This document shows, in pieces, positions 21,001 through 29,000 of a DNA stretch of 64,000 bases. Positions within the stretch are counted from its first letter, which is position 1. Every line of letters starts with the position of its first letter. Under the pieces are notes generated by a model. The model had not been told where the DNA came from and searched no databases. It saw nothing but the letters and a program-made list of their open reading frames with translations. The DNA is from a virus, in the IMG/VR virus record IMGVR_UViG_3300046170_000299; one strand, written 5' to 3'. Position numbers and translations under genes: made by a program.

Positions 21001-23386
21001 TTATATTATTATCAACAGTGCAGTTTCTGGTAGCGGACATCCTGAGATCGTTCAGGTTCTAGAATTAACTAGAACATCTGTTGCTCCTTACTACCTCAAG
21101 GTTAAGCGTCAACCACTTGGTACTTACACTGCAATTCTAAACAATCATATTGATACTACACCTATTTTCAAGGTTAACGTACAGTTTGATGCCACATGGA
21201 CTGAGCAGGCACTAGATTCTACTGGTCCTCAAGACAATGTATATCTTTCTGAGTTTGGTGGTGTTCTAACAAATAATGATTATGTAATCATTGACCGTGA
21301 AGATACAAACAGCGATGGCATCTTTAATCAAGGTGAAGTTATCAAGGTTGTTACTCCTCTAGAGGCAGTAGAACAGAAATTCAGAATTTCTAAAGATTGT
21401 TCTCAAGGTGAAGCTGGCGATGTGTTCATTGTCAACTCTGTAACAGGTGACACTACTATCCTTGGCGATACTACTATCAATAACACTCTGACAATTAAGG
21501 GTGGTTGTGGAACACTATCCAATGTTCAGTTTAATGGAACTGCAACTGCTGGAACTAATATTATTACTGGTGTAACTGTTACGAGTCCTGATAAGACAAT
21601 TGCTGATATCAAGATTGGTGATACCATTGTTAATATTACTAACGAGTCTCCAATTAACTTCTCGCCAGATGCAGTCATTACAGCAATTGATTCAGTCAAT
21701 GGTGAGTTAGTTCTAAGCAGAAACACACTTGGTTCTTCTTCCCAGACTGTAGGATTAGCAGCTAGGAGAAATGAGCAATTCTTGATCACAGATGGTAATC
21801 AAGTACCAACATTCAGGGTAGATTCTTGTAGTGGAACTACACATATTGGTAATCAATATGGTAGATTCGATATTGAATACTCCAGTGCTGGAGAGACTAC
21901 TTCTAATACTGCTGGTATTCCTGCACTATTTGATGCTGGAACTATCAAGAGAGCATATAGTTTCTGGTTCGATCCACAGCATGTATCTGATGGTGGTCCT
22001 ACTACTACAATCGCTAGTGCTGTTGCTGGTAGCGCAAGTCAAATCCAGATTCCTGTTCAATCTCTTGGTGTTGGTTCTGGTGCGTTTGCTGTTGATGATT
22101 TAGTATTTGTTGGATCACCAACTGCAACAACTACTCAAATTGGTGATTATATTATTGGTAAGATTACACAAATTATTACCAACCCTGCTAACTTAACTAT
22201 TGTTGTTGAAGATGCTGGTACTGGTTTAAATACCAACAAGACATTTACTCCATCTGATAGTGCATTTGATGCTGGTAATACTGTTAGAAGACTAATCAAG
22301 CATAAGGAACTTGCTAATATCATCGATGTTGAGCAGAGAACTAGAGTTAACTCTGGTGCTTCTACCACATATATCTCGATGATCCTTGATAAAGGATATA
22401 TCTCTCAGCAAAAACTTGATTACGCTCAATTCTTAGCTCTTGCAGATGACGAAGGTGATGCTAAGATTTGGGTCAAGGTTGTTGGAAGACTGAAAGGTGA
22501 TGTTCATCAAGTAACGATGAACGAACAAATTCAAGATGGTGCAATTGGATATAGAAGTGGTAACACTCTCATCAATGGCAACTTGGATATGGCTGGTGGA
22601 AGCTTCCAGATCTTCGATTCTGTTAATCAGACAAGACTGTTTGCTTTAGTTAATGATGATGGTCACGCTGATCACCAAGGTCTACTAACTTGGGATGCTG
22701 GTGTTACTGCAAGAGGTGACTTCTATCTCTTCAGCGCACAAGATCCAGAGAACGTTGTTTTAAATCCAGATGCTAATGTTCCATCATTCTCTGTTGATAA
22801 CCTGGCTAATGTAACTGCTGGTAGGTCGTTTACTGTTAATGGTCTGGCATCTAATCCACCTTCTACAACATTCAAGCAATTTGCTTTAGAAAATCTTGGT
22901 GTAGATGGCACAGAAGAGTATGCAATTAAGCAAGATAGTTCTATCGATGCATTTGGTATTACTAACTTCACTACTTCTAGTGGTGCTAGACATACAAGAT
23001 ATATTTCTTCTGCATCTCCAGAAGAGGATCTAACATTAGTACCAAATATTACTTATATGGTAAATACTACTGCTTCAACTACATTAGTTCTTACATTACC
23101 ATCTGGTCCTCAATCAGGAGATATTGTGAGAATCACAGATGTTGGTGGTAACTTAAGCTATAATACATCATTGGTACTAAGAACAGCAGAATCTTCTGGA
23201 ACTAAGATTCAGGGAGATGATACTGGAACACTGTTGGGTGGAAGAATTACACCATATCCTTCTGGAGAACTGGTAGTTCAAACTCCTAATGCTGCGTTTG
23301 CTCTTGTATATCTTGGTTCTGTTGATAGTAATGGACAAGTTGGTATTCCAACTTCAGTACAAGGATGGTGGTTAACCGAGGTATAA
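9080..23386 (+). CDS. Giant virion structural / tail-fibre-like protein (4768 aa)
   Basis: Uninterrupted 14.3-kb ORF under a late promoter; N-terminus MPLTRLDNLISSKTG...; internal repeated helical (KCxRDxGxxVD) and beta (YDAATGD...YPR..DP...ITVNVGAS) modules; C-terminal fibre-type end (…QGWWLTEV). Confidence 0.8.
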   Translation: MPLTRLDNLISSKTGKYLYVSPDDFNATDALSNRGNSPVTPFKSIQRAFLEIARYSYLPGFQNDRFDQFSIMLMPGIHYIDNRPGLVDTSGIDVFGFDQATNAWTDDSILDISNPDNVFYKFNNTEGGAIIPRGSSLVGYDLRRTVVRPMYVPDPATTEREIPRSAIFNVTGGCYFWQFTIKDGQTTSESPLYDNSEGSGLVYYDPKDFAKKSAPNFSHHKLTVFEYADTEELSLFYRKIAKGFSAYQPTIDDPGEFDFRVQENRIVGPLSDSRVIESLTLADATTDPSIPASTAEITVTTKVDHGYFAGQFVAIANTEIDDVLEGIFQIKEIDQNDARKFKYEVPFVVSGIGSNIVSGQTVSVDTTPALGQNAQTLAEVDSVESASPYVFNVSIRSTWGICGIWANGLKATGFKSMVIAQYTGVSLQKDDRAFIRYDEYTNTWNQASLVDAFATVPYHTKGDSYWKDEWRNFHVRASDDAFIQNVSIFAVGFADHFLMESGGDMSITNSNSNFGNTSLHAIGFKGFAFNQDKGGFITDIIPPEAVVDNTASTKKISYYTIDIQGTLQTSSNYTKLFLGNDDIVDPLVRPAATITGYRLGAKSNDRLYVKLDNAPGTDEFFNVQLEPTGFVKYVAKGSILNPSGGVVNSVYADAANLIESNRRMIQEEVFGYILEKYPRLQNIPYVNPGLNPAGNRYFDARNLIAANRQEIVDTAFDDMITTYGSSVIQGIGDGKCKRDIGLIVDAVAEDLKDGGNSNVIAATRTYFDGDGNPLTNGLVGEEDYATYAFRRARDLCKLAIANLLTVQADLYDPDPNSNLAPYGINVGKTGSQAELDGDTTNGVTIDLALKADPASRYKDARNRIVANREFILDAALAEVSVYHPDFYIPGDTQTNSQSRLADGFRMIRRNSSEIRDKALAAIAVAHPNFYIDGDNQTDEGSRYASAYRLIANNRNQIIDVALAETTVQHPDYYFVGDQQTDARSRYADGYRLIQQNKTEIVNTAWTNTLGQYAGAAATEVKCKRDMGIFVDSVSLDLFVGGNKYARKFIQEYFNAAGNAWISGGLQGEETESIYAFNQARDLMKSAVANQLSVQDLSVTPGPAQYAGGGGDIANTNAGACDDVQSAITTLVDIVTTQIAAGNLNALPAETAYIAGPGEEKCRRDIGIFVDSIALDLFCKGNVYTHRFGAEFFTDASTPEFSFNSAVYNTNFNKAAETIKKAITNQLYEKDLFRTADNAPGSAYGQVSKDYTPHGATYDAATGDMVLSIANHGLSNGDRVKIADSGVVFTCTMDSNGSNHAYPRNTDPASGQYLEITASTTDSITVNVGASPAGQQYDHTFVSAVANCVNFAGNTANQLIDAQTALCSDVQSAVDSLTSIVTTILSNGNLSTMPIEVNYGSGRGPGELKCARDIGYFIDAISVDMFCEGNKHTRTFTEQYFTNATTPLNNGLVGEEAESVTAFNTALNEMKRAVTNQLYYKDLTVTEGESQWGDGNGTVARNSSTACADVQNAITTLGTIATDAITAGNITGGIWNSAANAGTFITGEAKCRRDLGIVVDAVAQDLWFGGNEFTIAATKEYFNNNALIANGVDAEVAPSITAFKRAEDLMQRALNNVYYDRDLNITLDQTGDPPIVGDIECDAHDMVTSNLDFIAEEAYLRMIAAYPAYTPQANNTAQDCKDDVITVLKEVMWDVKFGGNYKTYDAAKIYVTNYDYQTGTNISTFLDAERDEAAKVMLEAKNIAMQVIKNETVTVDAANTKTQVIDNTIVEDWDATELLPKCGSAVAAVDTLFGIVIQAIGNDGGVGNLDGVVRTTLDGPDPAWNKALNVISTTATSVTLNVGASASGDQYPHTFIAAAAGALVSGGAYAHTFVSASAGAVNVVNGSQITPTNATYDAATGDLTLYFGSAHGVTTSDQLSIDDNSLTFSCDMGRDSTTKTYPRAGSDPVAGQNVNPTAVTATSITINVGASPLVEHNVSNAVYDSATGSIALTIGAHTLTSGTSVKLKEESLIFKCTKDQNVMTHSYPRASGKYRPAAYADGNCSDVLATVNALIDITCNSLNDGNLNNLPPLNNGEWDCANVRSSIEVLFDILQDAIVGGTLAGLPPLNTGDFTINNEASKCFRDVTYIVDAVVNDLRLGGNLNSIQAGEAYYVGNNLEYIDGEKTETLDAWNYVGQMATAAMRNFDVLAFNCSTTTGSAIVDVNDTRGIIIGMGVKEYDDTDPTAPAYVNGLLQSGATQLVSNIPAGTYVKNIVSNTQIELGVNGSRLTEGNTVNALQTSTTTELYFVYENGIWADTLPTTKIVGPAGTGEEVIQDTTVSPTNRECSGTANAIETLVGNITTIINSGLGTVTRQEQTVNTALLASRATVFTIDVSGSGPSNPHDFETGTAVRLVPRPRFDQVTGKYVDVDKRLVRLPNGFDTNRTYYVIAPGRVTQPENYGGTSFFDGSDQTRLMLATSRENAASGIYIYASETDSIDKDVEIDLYQFVLDDKYDLHNYTGVLSTSVNAGIQTDVSHIFDVPNAGTTPQKAFIRAVEGGVLPLISQTYVNDPQVAVTDPQNSAIGRINPNIEFFTRYQNNKTLTLHKTHADAINNVNPITFAAGQSGLEFNVYANKSRSPMRFDPGFTDATATNGKWYIQCKDEVTGSGDPTDNIFWRISQSDYADRQRSTDMWYERLEDNRDKDDRTYKLRMVIPKYLENARDPINGFVLKTRTDDTRKLVPQKVVLKPVVGTVYGARFENPVQAGEYIGYDSADFNTNSLNLDAQYDPFKKDQTGAGIEYRAFARFTSGIQATIQSGRYVEDVLDPSIKYLELNLYDHAVDTRNFPGLRNETFTTVKITAPQGGNFVTSKVDNQASSPNAISFAGNSSGLANVHAYYTVNGEHYLIIKNVRSGDLEYSEYANTRFTQGTVFADMLEDQDMGKSLPLKTQIRKNNPQFFYKQNGANVYTITPGDRIQDDAGVEYYVDSVEDAGVIEDTFYIFGYETLQKRISGQQDGIYYLTALRGNVSPFPTGAGVTNNFKKFKFSQPVSKLYPLNYRNDPLWFKKSGTSQEEKDLYAALIDPPQVYSAADNYVHGLVTVNDFKNSTTREMVADLTEQPAFLLNTYTGGNTIQAQSGNATSGSEDRRIPISGDSTVLSDQRYYVELRRPSIARAGNHTFEYLGFGPGNYSTGLPARQEVVLTPEEDFYAQSKKQDAGIVFYTGINSQGDLYIGNRRINAITGEETFIDSAALVDDGDEDDTLGGLVTTFDTPVTFNQNITVVGGDGELVNTFESPITIAVQDSDLTQSRDALIIRSNVSSIDPVTQLEQDEQLDRTAFAPPTDGDIRLGKNRIQSAIFGFNSRGNGQEYKIQTHTTGGVASNVTPNQSPLIANGGSRIDVSQFITYGGVIAAPGDMLLKGAEVGKNGSIAWILSNYFSNISNNQIDNIEFDGTNVVKLSFRDFTSGVALSVGNDIGITSGSQIRIKNFYYDPRLNLTWQVYAAKPGDAFNPTNNYCHFQVIDQIPQDTQAWENIIAGTATGQPSPTIEFSNSNFKEFGVIGAEALRTETESIGEYKLGINTVARAPHSAYANAWVNPTTTDPRANLDVVGNAFISGRVTGDFLDHTNFADRDKTAIDNALLIGGDSSAPNDEAVLRVATTNGGRVGINVDNSQLDRALVVDGTSRFTDDARFEHDIEVNGDDGVIAEIRTSQTTGTFNLVDDTTFTGTLNIGSQVGTFNLVNDTTDDQFIYVGTSSTHSNIFIGTTSDTPSSNISKVEIGGGYNNNESLSFTRIKTKSFKVDGDFQLGARRTINDTVNLTTSAGKVSFFSNSGSASILDFALNASEINIAGQGGLTTINNQLRVVASAQFDGNILMCGGVAAFSFLGDRAQLGSTAFAHADGILSDTLFNKNIDILNVLVLQTTDEGYNQVDTAGAGLWGGAAYQQEVTNIGGAPAVEPQTLGVLTGDEYWLPLKFAPVKQNGDPYFVENDYIIINSAVSGSGHPEIVQVLELTRTSVAPYYLKVKRQPLGTYTAILNNHIDTTPIFKVNVQFDATWTEQALDSTGPQDNVYLSEFGGVLTNNDYVIIDREDTNSDGIFNQGEVIKVVTPLEAVEQKFRISKDCSQGEAGDVFIVNSVTGDTTILGDTTINNTLTIKGGCGTLSNVQFNGTATAGTNIITGVTVTSPDKTIADIKIGDTIVNITNESPINFSPDAVITAIDSVNGELVLSRNTLGSSSQTVGLAARRNEQFLITDGNQVPTFRVDSCSGTTHIGNQYGRFDIEYSSAGETTSNTAGIPALFDAGTIKRAYSFWFDPQHVSDGGPTTTIASAVAGSASQIQIPVQSLGVGSGAFAVDDLVFVGSPTATTTQIGDYIIGKITQIITNPANLTIVVEDAGTGLNTNKTFTPSDSAFDAGNTVRRLIKHKELANIIDVEQRTRVNSGASTTYISMILDKGYISQQKLDYAQFLALADDEGDAKIWVKVVGRLKGDVHQVTMNEQIQDGAIGYRSGNTLINGNLDMAGGSFQIFDSVNQTRLFALVNDDGHADHQGLLTWDAGVTARGDFYLFSAQDPENVVLNPDANVPSFSVDNLANVTAGRSFTVNGLASNPPSTTFKQFALENLGVDGTEEYAIKQDSSIDAFGITNFTTSSGARHTRYISSASPEEDLTLVPNITYMVNTTASTTLVLTLPSGPQSGDIVRITDVGGNLSYNTSLVLRTAESSGTKIQGDDTGTLLGGRITPYPSGELVVQTPNAAFALVYLGSVDSNGQVGIPTSVQGWWLTEV

Positions 23387-23389
23387 TCA

Positions 23390-24646
23390 ATGGCAAATTA
23401 CAATAGAATCAAATCCGCCAAGGCAGTTCCAATCGGAACAATTATGCCTTGGACGGGTTCATCAAGTACATCTGCTGTCGCAGAAGACGCAATCCCTTTT
23501 GGATATATTGTCTGTAGAGGACAAACTCTCAGAGCTCTTGATTATCCTCTGTTGGCACAACTGATAGGTAATACATATGGTCCTTATCAGGAAACTGGTG
23601 GTCCTGCAGTTGGTATCCAAAACCCATATCCATACTATGAAGAGGAAGATGTATTCATTCTCCCAAGTTTAAATAATTGTAGCATGGTTGATCTAGAATC
23701 TTCTAGACTTGATCCAGCTGATAATGCGGTTGTTGGCGCATATATCACAGAAAATGGTAATGATGCAGCACCGTTAAATCTTATTACATCTTATATCGAT
23801 GTGAATTTTTCTGTTGATCCATCAACAACTCTATCTGGTAAAATTACTGGAATTACTTTAAGCGATCCTGCATTCTTTGACACATTTAGAACTATACCAA
23901 GAAAATTAGGTATTGACCATACTCCTGCACATACTCATCCAAGACCTACAAATTCTGATGGTACTAATGGTTCTTATCCATCAGCTCAAACACAAGGAAC
24001 ATATGTTTCTACTTTTATGCCTGGTCAATATGATACACAAGGATCTGAATGGACAACTGTTACACCAGAACCACTTGGCAATGAAGGTACAGTTGATAAC
24101 TTTACTGCGAGTGAAGTATCACTCACATGGTATGATCCACTTGCAGATAGTTTAGTAGATTGTAGTACATTCCGTGATTTTACTTCTGCTTCACAAACAA
24201 TTCCACAAGCTAGAGCAACATCCAGTCCAAGAACTATTCAACAGTATTATACTATTGAAAACGCTTATGACGATGATTATTCATGTATCCCTCAAGTGGA
24301 TCAACCTGCAGTTTCTTTGCCATTCCCTCCAGAAGGAAGATATAATGGGGCTCAAAACTCATATGTAGGTGGTAGTAGTGTTACTAATGCAAGAAGACAA
24401 GGACCATATCCTACAACGTTAAATCATAATGCTGATCAGTGGGGGTCGCAGTCACTTGCATCTCATAATCATTTCACAATTGATCTATCAATGACAAGAG
24501 GTCAGTTGAGAATTCCAAGCACTACGCTCATAAATAATATGACAACGGGAACTATAGCACCTGTAAGTGTTGACAAGGCTTTAAGTGTGCAGATTAATCC
24601 CAATACCCCGTCACTTACTACTCTTGTTATAATGAGGGCATTCTAA
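23390..24646 (+). CDS. Tail-collar domain fibre protein
   Basis: VPIGTIMPW...P.GYIVC.GQ.L...DYPLL..LIG.TYG collar motif; HTHP and SHNH His pairs. Confidence 0.8.
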   Translation: MANYNRIKSAKAVPIGTIMPWTGSSSTSAVAEDAIPFGYIVCRGQTLRALDYPLLAQLIGNTYGPYQETGGPAVGIQNPYPYYEEEDVFILPSLNNCSMVDLESSRLDPADNAVVGAYITENGNDAAPLNLITSYIDVNFSVDPSTTLSGKITGITLSDPAFFDTFRTIPRKLGIDHTPAHTHPRPTNSDGTNGSYPSAQTQGTYVSTFMPGQYDTQGSEWTTVTPEPLGNEGTVDNFTASEVSLTWYDPLADSLVDCSTFRDFTSASQTIPQARATSSPRTIQQYYTIENAYDDDYSCIPQVDQPAVSLPFPPEGRYNGAQNSYVGGSSVTNARRQGPYPTTLNHNADQWGSQSLASHNHFTIDLSMTRGQLRIPSTTLINNMTTGTIAPVSVDKALSVQINPNTPSLTTLVIMRAF

Positions 24647-26074
24647 ATGGCAGTATTCTATAATAGAGAAAAAGCAAAGATTGGAACTACTAGTGGTTCC
24701 ATCATTCACTGGTCGTATGAGTTAACCACTAATGATCCAGATAATGCTTCTACAAAAGAATTACTACCAGCTGGATATCTAAGGTGTGATGGTGCTATCT
24801 ATGCTGCAGATATTTTTCCAGAACTAGCAGCAATTTTAGGTGTTGGATCTCAGTCTAGATATAAAAAACCAAATGTCAACTTACTAGAGAATCAGTTCCA
24901 ATTACCTGATTATGGTTCTAAAAAGTTACGAGCATCATCTGGTGCTAACTTAGGACTAGAAGTTGATTTGAGAATTCAGGATGATAACAACCAAGAGATT
25001 ACAAAATCTGGTGTTGGATTAGAAGTACAGAGTAATATTGGTGAAGTATATGAAATATTATATCAGGGTAATTTCTTTATCCCGTCTCAAATAATTCCTG
25101 TTACTGGTGAACCAGGATTTGTAAGAAATACAGGTAACTATACAGAAACTATTGAAGTTCTTCCTAATGCTTTTATACCACATGCTCACTTCCATGACGG
25201 CAATAGAACTAGGGTAAGATCATCGATTGGAAATGAATTTAGTTCATTTGGCAGAAACTTTTATAGAAGAAAATCTACTCTATGTGTTGTTCCATGGTAT
25301 TATAATACTAGACAAGATCTTTGTGCTGTTGCATCTACTAGATTTAAATTGTCTGGTGTTAGTAATCCTGATGGATTTAGTAATGCATTACTTGGTAGCT
25401 GTACCAGATATGTTTATGGTGGTTGTTTACAAGGTTGTAATTTCTATATTCCACCACAGAACTATTGTTTAACACCAGATCTTGCTGATACAGATGTATT
25501 TAATAATGATACAATGTCTAGTTATGTACAGGGATTAATTGGCAGTGGAGACACTGAATCAGATGGAAGATGTTTATATCCAATGTGGTCTGGAACTAGT
25601 ATTGGTTGTGATGATAGTGAAGGATCTCAACCTCAAGATAATACCACATGTGGTACAGTAGACTACACAGGAACAATTTTTACCAAATGTGAACCATCTG
25701 GTTTAATTGGTGGTATTGTTTGTTCTGGTATGCCACAGATGGCGGGACCAACATCCTTAATTGGAGAGTTTTCTATACCAGGCAACTGGAAGTTTACAAA
25801 CGTTCCTTTTGATGGTAATAAAGATGGTGATAGAGAGGGCATTTCTGCTATCTCAAACACCACTACTGAAGTGCAACAATTTGGTAATGATGCTTCACAT
25901 AGACACTTTGTAAACTTTGAAGCACAACCACATACATATCAATTGAATACTGTGCCAACATTTATTCCAGCAGCTAACTTATCTTCTACATTGAAGATTA
26001 TAGTTAATGAGCAGAATAAAGCAGACCAGTTTATACAACCATATCTTGTCCAAGAGTTTCTAATCAAATACTGA
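24647..26074 (+). CDS. Tail-collar domain fibre protein with Cys-rich insert
   Basis: LPAGYLRCDGAIY...FPELA.ILG...FQLPD collar motif; HAHFH and HRH pairs; C-terminal QPY.V.EFLIKY. Confidence 0.8.
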   Translation: MAVFYNREKAKIGTTSGSIIHWSYELTTNDPDNASTKELLPAGYLRCDGAIYAADIFPELAAILGVGSQSRYKKPNVNLLENQFQLPDYGSKKLRASSGANLGLEVDLRIQDDNNQEITKSGVGLEVQSNIGEVYEILYQGNFFIPSQIIPVTGEPGFVRNTGNYTETIEVLPNAFIPHAHFHDGNRTRVRSSIGNEFSSFGRNFYRRKSTLCVVPWYYNTRQDLCAVASTRFKLSGVSNPDGFSNALLGSCTRYVYGGCLQGCNFYIPPQNYCLTPDLADTDVFNNDTMSSYVQGLIGSGDTESDGRCLYPMWSGTSIGCDDSEGSQPQDNTTCGTVDYTGTIFTKCEPSGLIGGIVCSGMPQMAGPTSLIGEFSIPGNWKFTNVPFDGNKDGDREGISAISNTTTEVQQFGNDASHRHFVNFEAQPHTYQLNTVPTFIPAANLSSTLKIIVNEQNKADQFIQPYLVQEFLIKY

Positions 26075-29000
26075 TGACAGTTTCGTACAGAAATAAATTT
26101 ACTGCTTATAAGCAGGAACATGAAGCTAACTATGCTTCTATTGGATCCATTTTTCCTGTGCCAGTAGATACTTTTTCTACTGATCCAGCACATGCACTTG
26201 GTGGTGCAGGTTCTGGTGGTTTGAATATGGAGCATAGTTACAAAGGATATTTGTACTGTGACGGAAGTGAATTAAATATTAGAGATTATCCTCAATTATA
26301 TTCTACTATTAGAAACACTTACGGTGGATCTACAACTTCCAGACCAACACAGTCAGCAAATGCTGGTGGTATGAGAAGGATTTTATGGATTGGTAATAAA
26401 TGCTTTATCAATTTCTATAGAGATCCTGGTATTGCGAGTGGAAATAAACTACCATATCCATATGGAACAGCATTTAGAATGCAAGATGATACTGGTAGTA
26501 CACCAGCTGGACCAGGATTGGGATCTATGCCCTCAGGTGATTGGGAGTATTCTATATTTTATGTAACTAAAGTACCAACAGAAACTCTTAGTAGCGCACA
26601 ACTTCCATCAGGTGAATTTGCATATGAAATTGTATTTCCTGACACTATTGACCCAGCTACGTTACCTAAAAACAATGTAGATATTACTACTGGCACTCAT
26701 CCTACTATTCTACTTAATAAGTCTTTTACATTTGCTGATTCACCTCATCAGGTAGGAACATTTAATCTACCAGACTACAGAGATAGAATTATTGTAGGTA
26801 TTGGTGATGTAGATGGAGAAGGAACACCAACAGTAGAAAATGCATTGGTTAATAGTGTTGGACAAACTGGTGGTAGATGGTATATTTCAAAAGATCAAAT
26901 TTTAGACGGCGGGGTATTTTTTAGTGTTGGAGATGTAAGAACAACTGGATATCAAAATATTAGTGCTGATGTATTCACTTACGTTACTGGTAAGGTTGAA
27001 TTTAGAATTGGACCTATTGATGATCATATTTTCAATAGACCAGTAGAACATAATCATTATATTTTATCATCTATTGCTGATGATTCTGTTGATAATGAAA
27101 GAGATGGTGTACCTATCGATGAATTTGCTGTAAATTATACTACTCAAAGAGCTAATATACTACCATTTGAACCAGTTGGACAAGGTGGATTAGCATTAGG
27201 TCACTCACATGGATTAACTCGCGAGAAGTTAAACGATCCATCACTTGCAACTTTTGGTAATACACCAGGACCTGGTGGTGTTGATCCTAATCAACCTGCT
27301 GATATTTTTTGGGATGTCTCTGATCCAGAATTAGTTTCATACTTAACACCTATTAGTGGTGGTCGAATTGGATATGATGATGTTTCATTAGAACCACATG
27401 GTCCTGGAACAGGAGAGTGGGAAGGATTTGTTAAACCAGGAGTTGCACAAAGTAATGTCTATCTTGCTTTTGGATATCGTGCTACAGCAACTGGTTTTGA
27501 TAATCCAGATCAATTAAAATTAAGTAGAAGCGTCACATATACACTTGATTTCACTGGTTATACTCAACTTTACGTCTTTGCTGTTGCTGGTAATGATAGT
27601 AATGGTGGAGAACGTCCTAACAATGAAAATGAAGGATTATATTGTATTTTCAGTGATGGTACAGAACTTCGTCTTTTCCCATCTGTAAACGATTACAGAA
27701 TTGAAAATGGATTAGAAGGGGCAGAAGCATTTGCTTTATATGATGCTATTCACTCTAACTGGAGAGAATTTATTATTGATATTCCTACAGCATTACAAGA
27801 TCAACCAAATCAAAATATTCAATTAAAACAAACTCTCAGAGCAGGAACTGAACAAGATTCTGGTGTTCCAGCTGGCAATGACAATGCTAATGACATGTTG
27901 GGCATTCAAGGTATTGGACTACGTGGTGGTATTATTGAGGATCCACCAGAACCAGATGGTTGTTATCCTATTACTGGTAGTCCGATTGTTCCTGTTCTTA
28001 CAGCAGTATTTGATTCTGCTAACAATATTGTATTAGTCACCACACCAGAAGCACATGGATTTAGTAAAGGTGATTATATCACAATTCAAGGTGCAATACC
28101 AGAAGATCAAGGAATGTATAATGGAACGTTCCAAATTTTAGAGTCTCAGTTTTCTAGTACGGCATTTGCATATACACCAGAATCAACTCCTACACTTGGC
28201 CAAGCTTCTGGTACTGTTGCAGTTAGAATTGCTGCTGGTACATTTGAAGATGTAGTATCAACACCTTCTCCAAGATTATATGTTGTTGATGGACAAACTA
28301 AAATTGGTGGTAAAGCAGATGTATTTACACCACCTGGCACTGGTACAGTCTTCCAAAATGATGAACTAGTATCACAAGGATCATTTACTTTACCAGCAAT
28401 TGCTGCATCAGCTGGCGATGTAACACGAATTGATATTGTATTAAAAGCGCCTGGCGGTGGTGGTGGTGGAACTTCGGGTGATGGTGGCAATGGTGGATTT
28501 TCATATGCAACATTTGATATTGGTGGAGCTACTTACACTTGCTATGCATATGGCGGTAATGGCGGTAGTGCTGGTGACAATGGTGGTAATGGTGGTAATG
28601 GAGGAACATATCTAGTTCCTGCTGCTCTATTAGCTATGGATAATGTTTCTATCAGTGGTTCTTCAAATGGTGCTTCAGGAAGTAATGGTGGTAATTTTGG
28701 TAGTGGAACTATTAATGGTGGTTCAGGAAGTGGAGATGGAGGTGTAGGTGGTTTTGGAACATCTGGTACATTCACTATAACTACCGATACTGGATTTGTA
28801 ACACAAGGTGGATCATCATGGAATGCACCTTCTAATACTGGTGTTACAGCTAGAACCGTAACTATCAAAGCTGCTGGCGGCGGCGGTGGTGGTGGTAATG
28901 GAAATGGTAACTCTGGATGTAATAATAGTGCAAACGGTGGTAGTGGTGGTGCTGGTGCATTAGTTACTGCAAACCTTGGATTTGGTCCTACTAGTCTGAC

